DNA of 64,000 bases from an uncultured Chloroflexia bacterium (GTDB lineage: Bacteria; Chloroflexota; Limnocylindria; Limnocylindrales; CSP1-4). A model generated the notes under the pieces. It made no database searches. It saw nothing but the letters and a program-made list of their open reading frames with translations, and was not told the origin of the DNA. This document shows positions 1 to 9,065 of this stretch, piece by piece. The stretch spans positions 1-64,000 of the forward strand of contig CAVYIM010000004.1 in the NCBI GenBank assembly GCA_963768655.1, read 5' to 3'. Position 1 is the first letter of the stretch. The number at the start of each line of letters is the position of its first letter. The translations under genes were made by a program, and so were the position numbers.

Positions 1-323
1 TTGGCGGCGACCGCACCCTGCAGGACATCGTCCAGCTCGTCGTCCGAAGAGCGCGAGTCCCAGCGCGCCAGGGCCTCATTTCGACCTTCCGCCCGGCGAT
101 CACGCGACAGCAATCGAACCGACGGCGCGATGGCCACGCCCGCGACGGGCGAAGCCTCGGCTCGCGCTCTGCGGCGGCGTGCGCGTGACCGTCGTTGGAT
201 GGCCAGGAACAGCGTGAATAGCGGACCGCGCCCCACCAGCGCGGCCGCCACCAGCGCGGCCATGACCACGACCCCTACGGCGGCCACCGCCAGCAGAGCC
301 GGAATGAGCTCGACGGCTTGCAT
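1..323 (-). CDS. Partial membrane-anchored protein running off the left edge (possible sensor/signalling protein)
   Basis: Not in the ORF track. Manual translation from ATG at 323 (AGAGG just upstream) gives MQAVELIPALLAVAAVGVVVMAALVAAALVGRGPLF...DDELDDVLQGAVAA, open to the window edge, with an N-terminal hydrophobic helix. Confidence 0.55.
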   Translation of the reverse strand, partial: MQAVELIPALLAVAAVGVVVMAALVAAALVGRGPLFTLFLAIQRRSRARRRRARAEASPVAGVAIAPSVRLLSRDRRAEGRNEALARWDSRSSDDELDDVLQGAVAA

Positions 324-556
324 CGCCTCTGGCTACCACGCGGCGGACATGGGCGTTCAGGGACGCGGGCCCATATTAGTGCCGGCATATCCGCTCCCAG
401 GACCGCCGGCCGCCAGTCGGTGCGCGCGTGCAACGGCCGCTGCGCCGGCCTGCTCCGGTGCCGTGCGGGCCCGCCTGCTTGCACCCCGGCCATGCGGCGG
501 AGCGGGCCCGACCGATCGGGTCGCGAGGAGTCGGGCGTTCGCGTTAGCATCGACCG

Positions 557-1986
557 ATGGACATGTACCTGGGTTCGCCTTGGCGACGTTCGCCGGCGCG
601 CGAAACGGCAATCGAAACGGCACGCGGGCGGCGGCTCGTGGACGCGCTGGTGGCAGCGTTCCCGGACAAGACCCACGCGTCCCGGCTCGAGATCGAGTTC
701 GTTCGGGCGCCGGGTCGCGTGAACCTGATCGGCGACCACACCGACTACAACGACGGGCTCGTCATGCCGGCCGCGATCGAGCTGGACACGTGGATCGCCG
801 CCTGCCCGCGACGAGACGGTCTGGTGCGCATCGCGTCCCTGCAGTCGCCCGAGCGGGTCGAGTTCCGGATCGACGAACTCGTCGCCAACGGCACCGGCGT
901 AGCGGGCGCGGGCGGCGAGGGCACGGGCGGCGCGGGCGGCGAGGGCACGGGCGGCGCGGGCACCGGCGGCATGGGCGCGGGCGCGGGCATGGGCGCGGGC
1001 GCGGGCGGCGCGGGCGGCGAGGGCACGGGCGGCGAGGGCGCGGGTATGGGCGCGGGGCTGCTTCGTCCGGGATGGAGCGACCACGTCGCCGGCATGGCCT
1101 GGTCGCTGCGCGAAGCCGCACTCCCGGTCCGCGGCTTCGATGGCGTCATCGACTCCACCATTCCGGCCGCCGCCGGCCTCGGCCAGGGCGCGGCGCTGGA
1201 GCTTGCCTCGGCCATGGCGCTGCTCGGCAGCGAGCGCCTCGTTGCGGCGCCTTCGATGGCGGCCCTGGCCCAGCGCGCCGAGCGCGATTTCCTCGGCGTC
1301 GACGCCGGGATCGTGGAACAGTACGTCAGCGCCGCGGGCCGCGCCGGTCGGGCGATTTGCTCGACTGCCGCTCCCTCGAGAGCCGGTACGTGGTCCTGCC
1401 GCCGGGCGTGAGGGTCGTCGTCTGCTATACCGGCGAGCCCCCCGCCGGCGAGCCACTTGCCGGCGAGCCACCCGAGCCGCACGAGTCCCTCCTGCGCGCG
1501 CGCCGCGCCGAGTGCGGCCGCGCCGTGGCCCTCCTGGCGGAGGAGATGCCCGCGGTCGCTTCGCTGCGGGACCTGGACAGCGCCACGTTGCGCAGGCACC
1601 GCTACCTGCTGTCGGAGACGGTCGCGCGCCGCGCCGAGCATGTCGTCGCGGAGAACGAGCGGGTCGGAGCCGCGGTGGCAGCCCTCGGCGCGGGCGACCT
1701 CGCCGAGGTCGGCCGCCTCTTTGCCGCATCCCACGAGTCGCTCCGCGACCTGTTCGAGGTCAGCTCGCCCGGACTGGATGCCATGGTGGAGATGGCGCTG
1801 GCCGTACCGGGAGTCGTGGCGGCGCGGATGACTGGCACGGGTTTCGGCGGATGCACCGTCAACCTCGTCCTGGAGGCGGCAGTGCCGGCTCTGGAGCGGG
1901 CCGTCGCCGCCGAGTTTGCCCGTCGGACGGGCCTGACCCCGCGCGTCTATCCCGTAGCGCTCGTCGATGGCGCCGGCCCTGCCTGA
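557..1986 (+). pseudogene. galK: Galactokinase-like GHMP kinase split by a 1-nt frameshift near 1355 (pseudogene or sequencing indel)
   Basis: ORF 557..1411 has APGRVNLIGDHTDYNDG and W..HVAG. The C-terminal half (LLDCRSLE...RRAEHVVAENERV...SHESLRDLFEVS...ARMTGTGFGGC) is in the frame ending at 1986. One extra T in GCGATTTGCTC restores A-I-L-L-D-C-R. Confidence 0.8.
903..1056 (+). repeat. Low-complexity tandem repeats encoding a Gly/Ala-rich insert (GAGGEGTG, GMGAGA) inside galK
   Basis: Repeated GGCGCGGGCGGCGAGGGCACGGGC and GGCATGGGCGCGGGCGCG units are visible in the sequence. Confidence 0.75.
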
Positions 1987-3275
1987 GGCCGATTGACGCC
2001 CGCAAAGCCGGCCAGTATCGAGGACAGTCGCTCGTACTGGCCCAGGTAGTTGTAGACCTGCGCCGAGACTCGGACGAGCAGGTCGAATTCGGTCTCCGGC
2101 GCCAGGTCGCCCGAGTCCACGAGCCACGGACATGGCCACAGCATCAGCGGCGCCTCGAAGCGGCGGCCGCGCAGGGCGGCGTCGATCATGTCCATGCGGC
2201 GGGTCGCCTCGGCCCGGGACCACGGACCGCCGGGCAGCCTGATAGAGGCCATCGAGCCGATCATCTCCGTCGGAGCCTGGACCGCGGTGTGCATCGCGTC
2301 GGCCAGCATCTCGCCCGCCGCCACGGCCAGGTGGTGATTGAAGGACATGATCGAGGACCAGCCACCGGGGAGTATCTCGGCTATCCCATCGATCGCGGCC
2401 GGCCACGTCAACCAGGCGCTAGGGTCGAACGTGCCCTGCCAGTCGAACTCCAGCCGGAAGCGCGACCGATCCATTCGCGTGTCGTTCGCGCCGTGCGAGA
2501 TCGACAAGGGCTTGATGAGCGCCTGGCGGTCGCGGCGGACGTGCAGAAAGGCCGTGCCCTTCGGCGCGCACATCCACTTGTGGCCGTTGCCGGTGTAGTA
2601 GGCGGCGCCGAGCGTGTTCAGCTGGAGGGGCAGCATGCCGGGCCCGTGGGCGCCATCGACCAGAACGTCGACCCCCCGCTCGGCCAGCGCCGGCACCAGC
2701 CGCTCGAGCGGCATGATCAGCGCGGTCGGGCTGGTCACGTGGTCCAGGATCGCAAGCTTCGTGCGCGGGGTGACCGCCGCCATGATCGCGTCGAAGGCCT
2801 CGTCAGGCGAGGAGATCGGGAACGGGATGCGCGCCAGGACGAACTTGGCGCCGTCCTTCGCGGCGCCGTAGCGCACCGCGTTCAGGGTGGCGTTGTAGGC
2901 GTGGTCGGTGGCGAGCAGCTCGTCGCCCTTCTCGAAGCGGAGCGAGCGCAGAACCGTGTTGACTCCGGCGGTCGCATTGGTCAGGAGCGCCAGATCGTCG
3001 GGATCGGCGCCCACGAACGCCCCGATTTCGGAGCGGCACCAGTCCAGCAGGTCCTCCAGCTCGTGAGCGAGGAACCGCACCGGATGAGCTTCCAGTTTGT
3101 CTCGCCAGCCCTTCTGGACGTCGAGGATGGCTCTCGGGCACGCCCCGAACGAACCGTGATTGAGGAACGTCACGGTCGAGTCCAGGGCCCAGTCGGCTGC
3201 CGGCGACGGTGCCCTCGAAAGCGGAAGCTCCTTCTCGATCACTTCTGGTGCGGGCTCCTTGCCAGCGGATGCCAC
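1947..3275 (-). CDS. Aminotransferase class V-fold PLP enzyme (isopenicillin-N epimerase / EgtE-like C-S lyase family); start uncertain (3275-3416)
   Basis: FLNHGSFGACP, DHVTSPTA, DGAHGPG and the PLP-lysine motif GNGHKWMCAPKG. Confidence 0.85.
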   Translation of the reverse strand: MASAGKEPAPEVIEKELPLSRAPSPAADWALDSTVTFLNHGSFGACPRAILDVQKGWRDKLEAHPVRFLAHELEDLLDWCRSEIGAFVGADPDDLALLTNATAGVNTVLRSLRFEKGDELLATDHAYNATLNAVRYGAAKDGAKFVLARIPFPISSPDEAFDAIMAAVTPRTKLAILDHVTSPTALIMPLERLVPALAERGVDVLVDGAHGPGMLPLQLNTLGAAYYTGNGHKWMCAPKGTAFLHVRRDRQALIKPLSISHGANDTRMDRSRFRLEFDWQGTFDPSAWLTWPAAIDGIAEILPGGWSSIMSFNHHLAVAAGEMLADAMHTAVQAPTEMIGSMASIRLPGGPWSRAEATRRMDMIDAALRGRRFEAPLMLWPCPWLVDSGDLAPETEFDLLVRVSAQVYNYLGQYERLSSILAGFAGVNRPQAGPAPSTSATG

Positions 3276-3726
3276 CGGCCAATGCGGTGCCGAGGGCGCG
3301 CCTTGACCCGGTGGGCGAGACACTCGCTCTAGGGATCGGTCGGAAACGGTTTTCCCATCATGCCCCATGCGAATGGGTATTGCATCGACCATTGACCGGG
3401 CGTAGGTTGGATGCAATCTCCTACGTGCCCCGGTATGTCAGGAGGCCAGATGCGAGCGCCGATGACGGCCAGAGATACGCGACTCAATCGCGATGACGGC
3501 GGGACCTCCCCGCTGACGGCCGATCCGAACTGCGACGTATCGAACCTGCTGTTCAGGCCCAGGGCCGGCAACGTCAGCGGTGACACTCGAGCGGGCCTCT
3601 CATCGCGGTAGGGGTCAGCGGCCTCTACCGCACGCGAGTGCCAGGACCGGCGCAGACCGCGCCGGTCTTGTGCTATCCGGGGGCCGCGGACGGCAGACGG
3701 CGTGTCCGCGCCGCTTCGGCTGCCCC

Positions 3727-5010
3727 TTACTCCGGCAGATGCAGCCGGTTCGCCCGAGCGATGTCTCCGAGGAAGTGAGCCGACGGCTTGACCGTCCGCT
3801 CCTGGGTCTGGCGATCGACCGCGATCAGGCCAAACTGCATGGCGTAGCCGCTGGCCCACTCGAAGTTGTCGAAGGCGCTCCAGTGAATGTAGCCCTGGAG
3901 CGGGATGCCGTCGGTGATGACTTCGTGGAGGGAACGCAGTCCCTCGGTGATGAACTCGATGCGCTCCGCGTCGTTCGTCGTGGCGATGCCGTGCTCGGTC
4001 ACCACGACCGGCTTGCCGGGCAGGAACTTGGCCGCCCGCCGGACCGTGGCGGCGACCGCCTGGGGGCGGAACTCGTAGCCCATCTGGGTGGTCCGCATGG
4101 CCGGATCGTGGCTGGTCCCGAAACCGCCATCTCGCTGGCGGGCGATCACGCGTGCGACGGCGACCTTCTCGACGGGCGGGATCGCCAGCGCCAGGCTGGC
4201 GACGATCCCGGCCGCACGGGGCATTTCGAGCCGGGCCCGCGTGTACGTCTGGACGCCGATGAAGTCGTCATCGGCGGCGGCCTCGAGGAAGACGTCTTCC
4301 ATGAGCCGGCGGGCGTACTTCATGATCGGCGCGCCGCCCGCGTTCGACTCCCATTCCTGCATGGCGTTCGTCAGGCCGACCTTGGCCTGGGGTCGCAGCT
4401 CCTTCGTCGCGGCGCGAGAGGCCTTATGCGCCGCGGCCAGCGCAACTGTCGCTGCCTTCCAGCTCTCGGCGCCGTGGAGGCCGGGCGGAAAGGCGAACCC
4501 GCCGCCGTAGCCGCCGAAAGCCACCACGCCCGGCTCGTTCAGCGTGCAGTACCAGTCGACGTTGTCGCCCAGCGCACTGACGACGCGACGCGTGTACCGC
4601 TCGAAGAGACCGGTGATGGAGGGCGATAGCCAGCCGCCGCGATCCGCAACCCACTTGGGCAGTGTGAAGTGGTTGAGTGTGACGATCGGCGTGAGCTTGC
4701 TCTTGCGGCATAGCTCGACCATCTTGCGGTAGTGATCGAGCTGAGTCTGGTCGAACGTGCCTTCGTTCGGCTCGATCCGGGCCCACTCGACCGAGAAACG
4801 GTAGGCATTGAAGCCGAGGCCGGCCAGCAGCGCGATGTCGCGCGGATAACGCGTCTGGTGCTCGATCGCGTTGCCGCTGGGCTCCTTGCACGGTGTGCCC
4901 GGCTTGAGCTCGAAGTCCCACCAGTCGCTGTTGGTGTTGTTGCCTTCGACCTGGTGGGCCGCGGTGGCCGTCCCCCAGAGAAACCCGTCGGGAAATGCGA
5001 TGTCGCTCAC
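3727..5010 (-). CDS. Glycoside hydrolase family 1 (beta-glucosidase-like)
   Basis: FPDGFLWGTATAAHQVEG, YRFSVEWARIEP, acid/base motif TLNEP, nucleophile motif VTEHG, WSAFDNFEW. GTG start at 5010; the upstream part of ORF 3727..6144 is not homologous. Confidence 0.9.
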   Translation of the reverse strand: MSDIAFPDGFLWGTATAAHQVEGNNTNSDWWDFELKPGTPCKEPSGNAIEHQTRYPRDIALLAGLGFNAYRFSVEWARIEPNEGTFDQTQLDHYRKMVELCRKSKLTPIVTLNHFTLPKWVADRGGWLSPSITGLFERYTRRVVSALGDNVDWYCTLNEPGVVAFGGYGGGFAFPPGLHGAESWKAATVALAAAHKASRAATKELRPQAKVGLTNAMQEWESNAGGAPIMKYARRLMEDVFLEAAADDDFIGVQTYTRARLEMPRAAGIVASLALAIPPVEKVAVARVIARQRDGGFGTSHDPAMRTTQMGYEFRPQAVAATVRRAAKFLPGKPVVVTEHGIATTNDAERIEFITEGLRSLHEVITDGIPLQGYIHWSAFDNFEWASGYAMQFGLIAVDRQTQERTVKPSAHFLGDIARANRLHLPE

Positions 5011-5397
5011 ATGCGGAGAATAGCGGGTGATGGCACGGCCTGTGGGCGCGCCGGGCCAAGCAACCGATGGGGACCACCGCCGGCCGCGGCGCGACCGCGG
5101 GTCCTGTTTTGCCGATTTCCCATGAGGAGGACATCTGGATAAGGCCCCGGGCGCCGCAGCGCATCCATTCCCGGTCGACATCCCAGGCGGACTCGGAGGC
5201 GGCCGATTTCGGGCAGGTCGCGCCGTGCCGGGCTGCCAGATGCCGTCGTTCCCGCCCCGACTCGAGCCGCGTCGCGGCCCATCGCCCGAGCAGCATTGCC
5301 CAATGTCCGCGTGATGGGAGTTGGGAAATGTCGTGGCGTCGACCGGCCGCGGCGAACCAGGACTCGCGGCTGCCGGCCGCGGCGCGATACTTGCGCC

Positions 5398-5985
5398 ATG
5401 GCCGACGAACAGCGCATCCAGCCCGAGTCGAGGGCTGCCTGGCGCGCCTGGCTGGAGGCGCACCACCGGCAGGACTCGGGCGTCTGGCTCGTCACGTGGA
5501 AGAAGCGCGCGGGCAAGCCCACCGTCACTTACGACGAGGCCGTGGAAGAGGCGCTCTGCTTCGGCTGGATCGACGGCGTGCTGGGCCGGGTCGATGACGA
5601 CCGTTCGATGCAGTGGTTCGCGCCCCGCAAGCCCCGCAGCACGTGGGCGCGTTCGAACAAGGAACGCGTCGCTCGCCTGGAGGCGGCCGGCCTGATGAGC
5701 GACGCCGGCCGACGAGCCGTCGAGCTCGCCCGCGCCAACGGATCCTGGGAATTGATGGATGTCATAGACGCGCTCGTCGTGCCCGAGGACCTGGCCGCGG
5801 CGCTCGCGGAACAGCCGGGCGCGCGGGAATGGTTCGACGCGGGCTCGGCCTCGGTCCGGCGGAGCGCCCTGGCATGGGTCTACCAGGCGAAGCGACCCGC
5901 GACTCGAGCTCTCCGCGTCGCGCAGGTCGCCGGCATTGCCGGGCGCCGCGAGCCCATCTCGAGCTTGTGGCAGCGCCGCGACTGA
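5398..5985 (+). CDS. YdeI/OmpD-associated family protein
   Basis: AWRAWLEAHH, YDEAVEEALCFGWIDG, PRKPRSTWARSNKERV, VPEDLAAAL. ATG at 5398. Confidence 0.88.
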   Translation: MADEQRIQPESRAAWRAWLEAHHRQDSGVWLVTWKKRAGKPTVTYDEAVEEALCFGWIDGVLGRVDDDRSMQWFAPRKPRSTWARSNKERVARLEAAGLMSDAGRRAVELARANGSWELMDVIDALVVPEDLAAALAEQPGAREWFDAGSASVRRSALAWVYQAKRPATRALRVAQVAGIAGRREPISSLWQRRD

Positions 5986-6052
5986 ACGCGGCCGAGGCGG
6001 TGGGGGCTGGCCTGGGCCGCCACGGAGTGGCGTTCGGCCGGCGCAGGTTCCG

Positions 6053-6721
6053 CTAGTTCGATGCCGGCACGCCGGCACCGCCCGGCTCGAGCCCCGAGGG
6101 ATCGGCCAGGCGGGCGACGACGTTGCCGCTCGAGTCTCGGGCATCGATCTCGACGATGTCGGCGCCCGGGGTCGCCGTCACCCAGGCGAGATAGAAACCG
6201 CTGCCGACCGTCGCCATGTGCCGCTCGCCGTCGGACGTCACGATCTCGATCGAGGCGGCCGCGTTGGGCGCCCGGCCGATCACCATCGCCGATCCCGTCT
6301 GGCTGGTCGCCGGCTCATTCGCAGTTTCGTAGGTGAGCTGGTCGCTTGCCCGCGGCTCCCAACCGCCGATGCTCGTGACCGCCGACGCCCCGAAGTTACC
6401 GTCAGCCCCGCGCCACGTCTCGCAGGTCAGCACCGACGACCCGGACGTGAAGAGCAGCACGCTCACCTCCGGCGAGTCCTGACGGACGGCCAGCTGCCAC
6501 GTGAAGTTAAGCGTAGCGCCGCCCTTGACCTCCGAGTCGGGGAGATGGCAGGACTCGATCGTAGAAACCGACACGGGCGTCGGCGTCGGCCCCGGAGCGG
6601 CCGCCGGCCGGCTGGCCACGACGCCGACCGCCACGCCGACCGCCACCAGCAACGCCACAGCGACGCCGAGCCTGCTCATCGAGAGAACTCTCATGCCCCA
6701 CCTCCGTGACTTCACGAACAA
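6053..6721 (-). CDS. Secreted or membrane-anchored hypothetical protein (start uncertain)
   Basis: N-terminal hydrophobic helix, PTPTP linker, two Cys, C-terminal ATVGSGFYLAW. Confidence 0.65.
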   Translation of the reverse strand: MFVKSRRWGMRVLSMSRLGVAVALLVAVGVAVGVVASRPAAAPGPTPTPVSVSTIESCHLPDSEVKGGATLNFTWQLAVRQDSPEVSVLLFTSGSSVLTCETWRGADGNFGASAVTSIGGWEPRASDQLTYETANEPATSQTGSAMVIGRAPNAAASIEIVTSDGERHMATVGSGFYLAWVTATPGADIVEIDARDSSGNVVARLADPSGLEPGGAGVPASN

Positions 6722-6803
6722 CCCTCGAGGCGTTGGATGCGCAAGTCAAGCAGTCGGACCACGGCAAAGGGCCTGGTGGTCCTGGGTCACACCGCCGGTT
6801 CGA

Positions 6804-7031
6804 TCAGCTCTCCGTCGCCTTGGCAGGATCGGGGGTTGACTCGTTCTCGCCGCCGCCTTCAGGCGGCTCGGCTGGGAATTCCCACTCGTCCGCCGGTCCA
6901 GGCTCTCCGGGACCCATGGTCAGCGGGTTCATCGGCACCAGGAATCCGCCGCCCCACATGTCTGCCGGATTGAGGAACAGGCCAAGGTTCTTCTCGGCTT
7001 CCGGTCTTTCGTCACCGTCCATCGGAGTCAC
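6804..7031 (-). CDS. Small acidic hypothetical protein
   Basis: 75-aa ORF between the tRNA and the 6053 gene, same strand; no recognisable motif. Confidence 0.4.
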   Translation of the reverse strand: MTPMDGDERPEAEKNLGLFLNPADMWGGGFLVPMNPLTMGPGEPGPADEWEFPAEPPEGGGENESTPDPAKATES

Positions 7032-7211
7032 CCCCGGGTTCTCGTCGTTACGTTTCGACGTCTCGCGCCGGTGCTGCCGGCAACAGGGCCGCCGGTCGCG
7101 CCGGCCCCTACATCTGGGGGACCCGCTCGAGACCCGATTCGTTCACACCCGGCGAGGCTGCGGAGCGAAGTCCTCCCTCACGGCCCGCCATCGGGCAGCA
7201 GCGGGGGAAGT

Positions 7212-7287
7212 TGGTCGGGGCGGTGGGATTCGAACCCACGGTCTCGTGCTCCCAAAGCACGTGCCTTAGCCGCTAGGCCACACCCCG
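7212..7287 (-). tRNA. tRNA-Pro (anticodon TGG), CCA encoded
   Basis: Reverse complement CGGGGTGTGGCCTAGCGGCTAAGGCACGTGCTTTGGGAGCACGAGACCGTGGGTTCGAATCCCACCGCCCCGACCA folds as a cloverleaf with anticodon arm CGTGC-TTTGGGA-GCACG and GGTTCGAATCC T-loop. Confidence 0.97.
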
Positions 7288-7510
7288 ACGAGTTGAGCGT
7301 GGATATAACAGGATACTCGACGTGTCTGCGGCTGAGGACGAACCTTCAGCGCTTGGGACTCCTTGGATGGAGAAGGATGAGTTCGCCGCCCTGGGCGTGA
7401 ACTGGGCTAGAGGCGGACGCATGCTCGGAACCTGGCATCCCAAGCAAGACGCCTCCGCTCTCCGATTGCCAACGCCACCTCCGACGCCAGGCGCTACGGC
7501 GCGTATCGGG

Positions 7511-7548
7511 TTGACTGACTTCGCCCGCCCGCTATCATGTAGCACATG
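7511..7548 (+). promoter_or_regulatory. Sigma70-type promoter for a probably leaderless padR transcript, with an overlapping palindromic operator
   Basis: TTGACT (7511-7516), 16 nt, TATCAT (7533-7538), ATG at 7546. Inverted repeat CATGT-agc-ACATG at 7536-7548. Confidence 0.6.
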
Positions 7549-7902
7549 GTACCAAGCGGCACAAGGCACACGCTCACAGAACTTCGGAAGGGCGTGGTCG
7601 AGCATTGTGTCCTCGCGCTCATCTCCGAGGGCGAGTCCTACGCTTTCGACATCGTTCGGGTCCTCGCGGCGCGTGACTTCGTGACGAGCGAGGGGACCAT
7701 CTATCCGCTGCTGTCAAGGCTTCGCAACGATGGGCTGGTAACCACCATGTGGCGCGAGTCGGAGGCCGGGCCGCCGCGTCGCTACTACAGGATCACCGAG
7801 GACGGACGCCGGGCACTCGATGCGTTCGGCTCGGACTGGGCGAGGTTCCGGGACGCGGTCGATGGTCTGCTGGCGGGTGCAGTCGAAGGGAGGGGTGCCT
7901 GA
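7546..7902 (+). CDS. PadR family transcriptional regulator
   Basis: ELRKGVVEHCVLALI, SEGTIYPLLSRL, WRESEAGPPRRYYRITEDG. Confidence 0.93.
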   Translation: MVPSGTRHTLTELRKGVVEHCVLALISEGESYAFDIVRVLAARDFVTSEGTIYPLLSRLRNDGLVTTMWRESEAGPPRRYYRITEDGRRALDAFGSDWARFRDAVDGLLAGAVEGRGA

Positions 7903-8453
7903 TGGAAGCCGAGCAACTCGTTCGTGACTACCTGAGCCGACTCGATGCCAGGGCCCGCCGGCTCCCGGTCGATCGACGAGTGGAACTCATAGCCGAAGTC
8001 CGGGAGCACATCGAACTCGCTGTGAAGGAAGCCGGCAGTCGTGACGAGGCGACGATCCGAACCATCCTTGATCGGCTCGGCTCGCCTGAGACGATCGTTG
8101 CCGCCGAGGAAGGCGGCGAGCACGGCGACGTATCAGACTCGGCGGCGCCTCCAGCGCCATCAACCCAATCCGAATCCAGGTGGGGGCTGCTGGAGACGAT
8201 CGCAGTACTGCTGGTCACGGTCGGCGCGGTGCTCCTGCCGATCTTCGGACCCCTCGTGGGCATCGTGCTGATCATCGTCTCGACCCGGGCGACGTGGCGG
8301 ACGAAGTTCATTGTGTCCACCGCCGGAATTGCACTGACTGGCCTGCTCTTGCTTCTGATTGTCCCAGTGGGAAGAGGGGGGCCACCGCCGGCGACGGCAA
8401 TACCAGCCCCGACGCCGATCTACACGTCATCTCCGAGGCCCGAAACACCATAG
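7902..8453 (+). CDS. HAAS/DUF1700-type membrane protein (PadR partner)
   Basis: TGATG coupling to padR; YLSRLDARARRLP...ELIAEVREHIE...ILDRLGSPETIV followed by hydrophobic helices. Confidence 0.8.
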   Translation: MEAEQLVRDYLSRLDARARRLPVDRRVELIAEVREHIELAVKEAGSRDEATIRTILDRLGSPETIVAAEEGGEHGDVSDSAAPPAPSTQSESRWGLLETIAVLLVTVGAVLLPIFGPLVGIVLIIVSTRATWRTKFIVSTAGIALTGLLLLLIVPVGRGGPPPATAIPAPTPIYTSSPRPETP

Positions 8454-8550
8454 GGACCAGATTTCTCCTGCCGCGAACCCACATCGAGGAGAGGTGGCCA
8501 AAAGGACGACAGAGCATCACTGTCGAAGGGAGCGGGCGCGGATATAGCAG

Positions 8551-8622
8551 GATAATCGACAGTTCCAGCGCTCGGCCCCTCACGCTCAGGAGCCCCTCGG
8601 CTCCACCGCTTATCGGCTGACG
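8551..8622. repeat. Conserved cassette right-end sequence, copy 1
   Basis: Ungapped match to 10252-10323: 61/72 by manual count, last 22 nt identical. Confidence 0.9.
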
Positions 8623-8661
8623 GCTCCCAAAGCACGTGCCTTGCCGCTAGGCCACACCCCG
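8623..8661 (-). repeat. Displaced tRNA-Pro 5'-half copy (att junction between cassettes)
   Basis: Identical to 7248-7287 except for a 1-nt D-loop deletion. The next 36 nt (8662-8697) match 7288-7323 at 31/36. Confidence 0.92.
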
Positions 8662-8855
8662 ACGAATTGAGCGTGAATATCGAAGGATACTCGACGTCCT
8701 AGCCTTGGAGGCTGGACCTCCACCGCTCGTATAGCGGCTGCGCGTCAGTGGGACTTCGCAGCGGGTGAGCGAGCGATCCGATCGACCTCTTCAGGCACGG
8801 TCCATTCTACGGCCCCGGGCGAGCTTGGCGAGTTGCTCACTACGCCAGCAAGATT

Positions 8856-8880
8856 GAACGTTGCGGCCATCTCGGTCGTC
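8856..8880 (+). promoter_or_regulatory. Putative ECF sigma-dependent (autoregulatory) promoter
   Basis: GAAC (8856-8859), 17 nt, CGTC (8877-8880) upstream of the ECF sigma gene. Confidence 0.5.
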
Positions 8881-9065
8881 TAGTGGCGGACAAGTTCCCA
8901 GAACGAAGACAAGGAGGCGCCACACGGCGCGACGCGACACGGACGAAGTCATCATGCACCGGGGCTGTTCGGATGACTGCCAGCGAGTCTAGCCTCGAGG
9001 AGCGCGACTACTCTATTGAGCGAGGGCGGCAACCGTGCCGAACTAGTTGGGGAGCTGAGAGGGAA

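Larger units (their letters stand above)
7248..8622. mobile_element. Cassette 1 (1375 bp): integrase-less element in tRNA-Pro carrying PadR + HAAS membrane gene
   Basis: Bounded by direct repeats of the tRNA 5' half (7248-7287 and 8623-8661). Both ends are homologous to the ends of cassette 2. Confidence 0.75.

Noticed and set aside
3450-3611. 53-aa plus-strand ORF after AGGAGG, and an imperfect inverted repeat at about 3379-3417
   Set aside because: No motif or other support; cannot be distinguished from chance.
8883-9065. N-terminal extension of the ECF sigma factor, or a separate leader ORF after AAGGAGG at 8911
   Set aside because: The extension has no sigma homology and the SD is not followed by a canonical start; ATG 9066 fits better.
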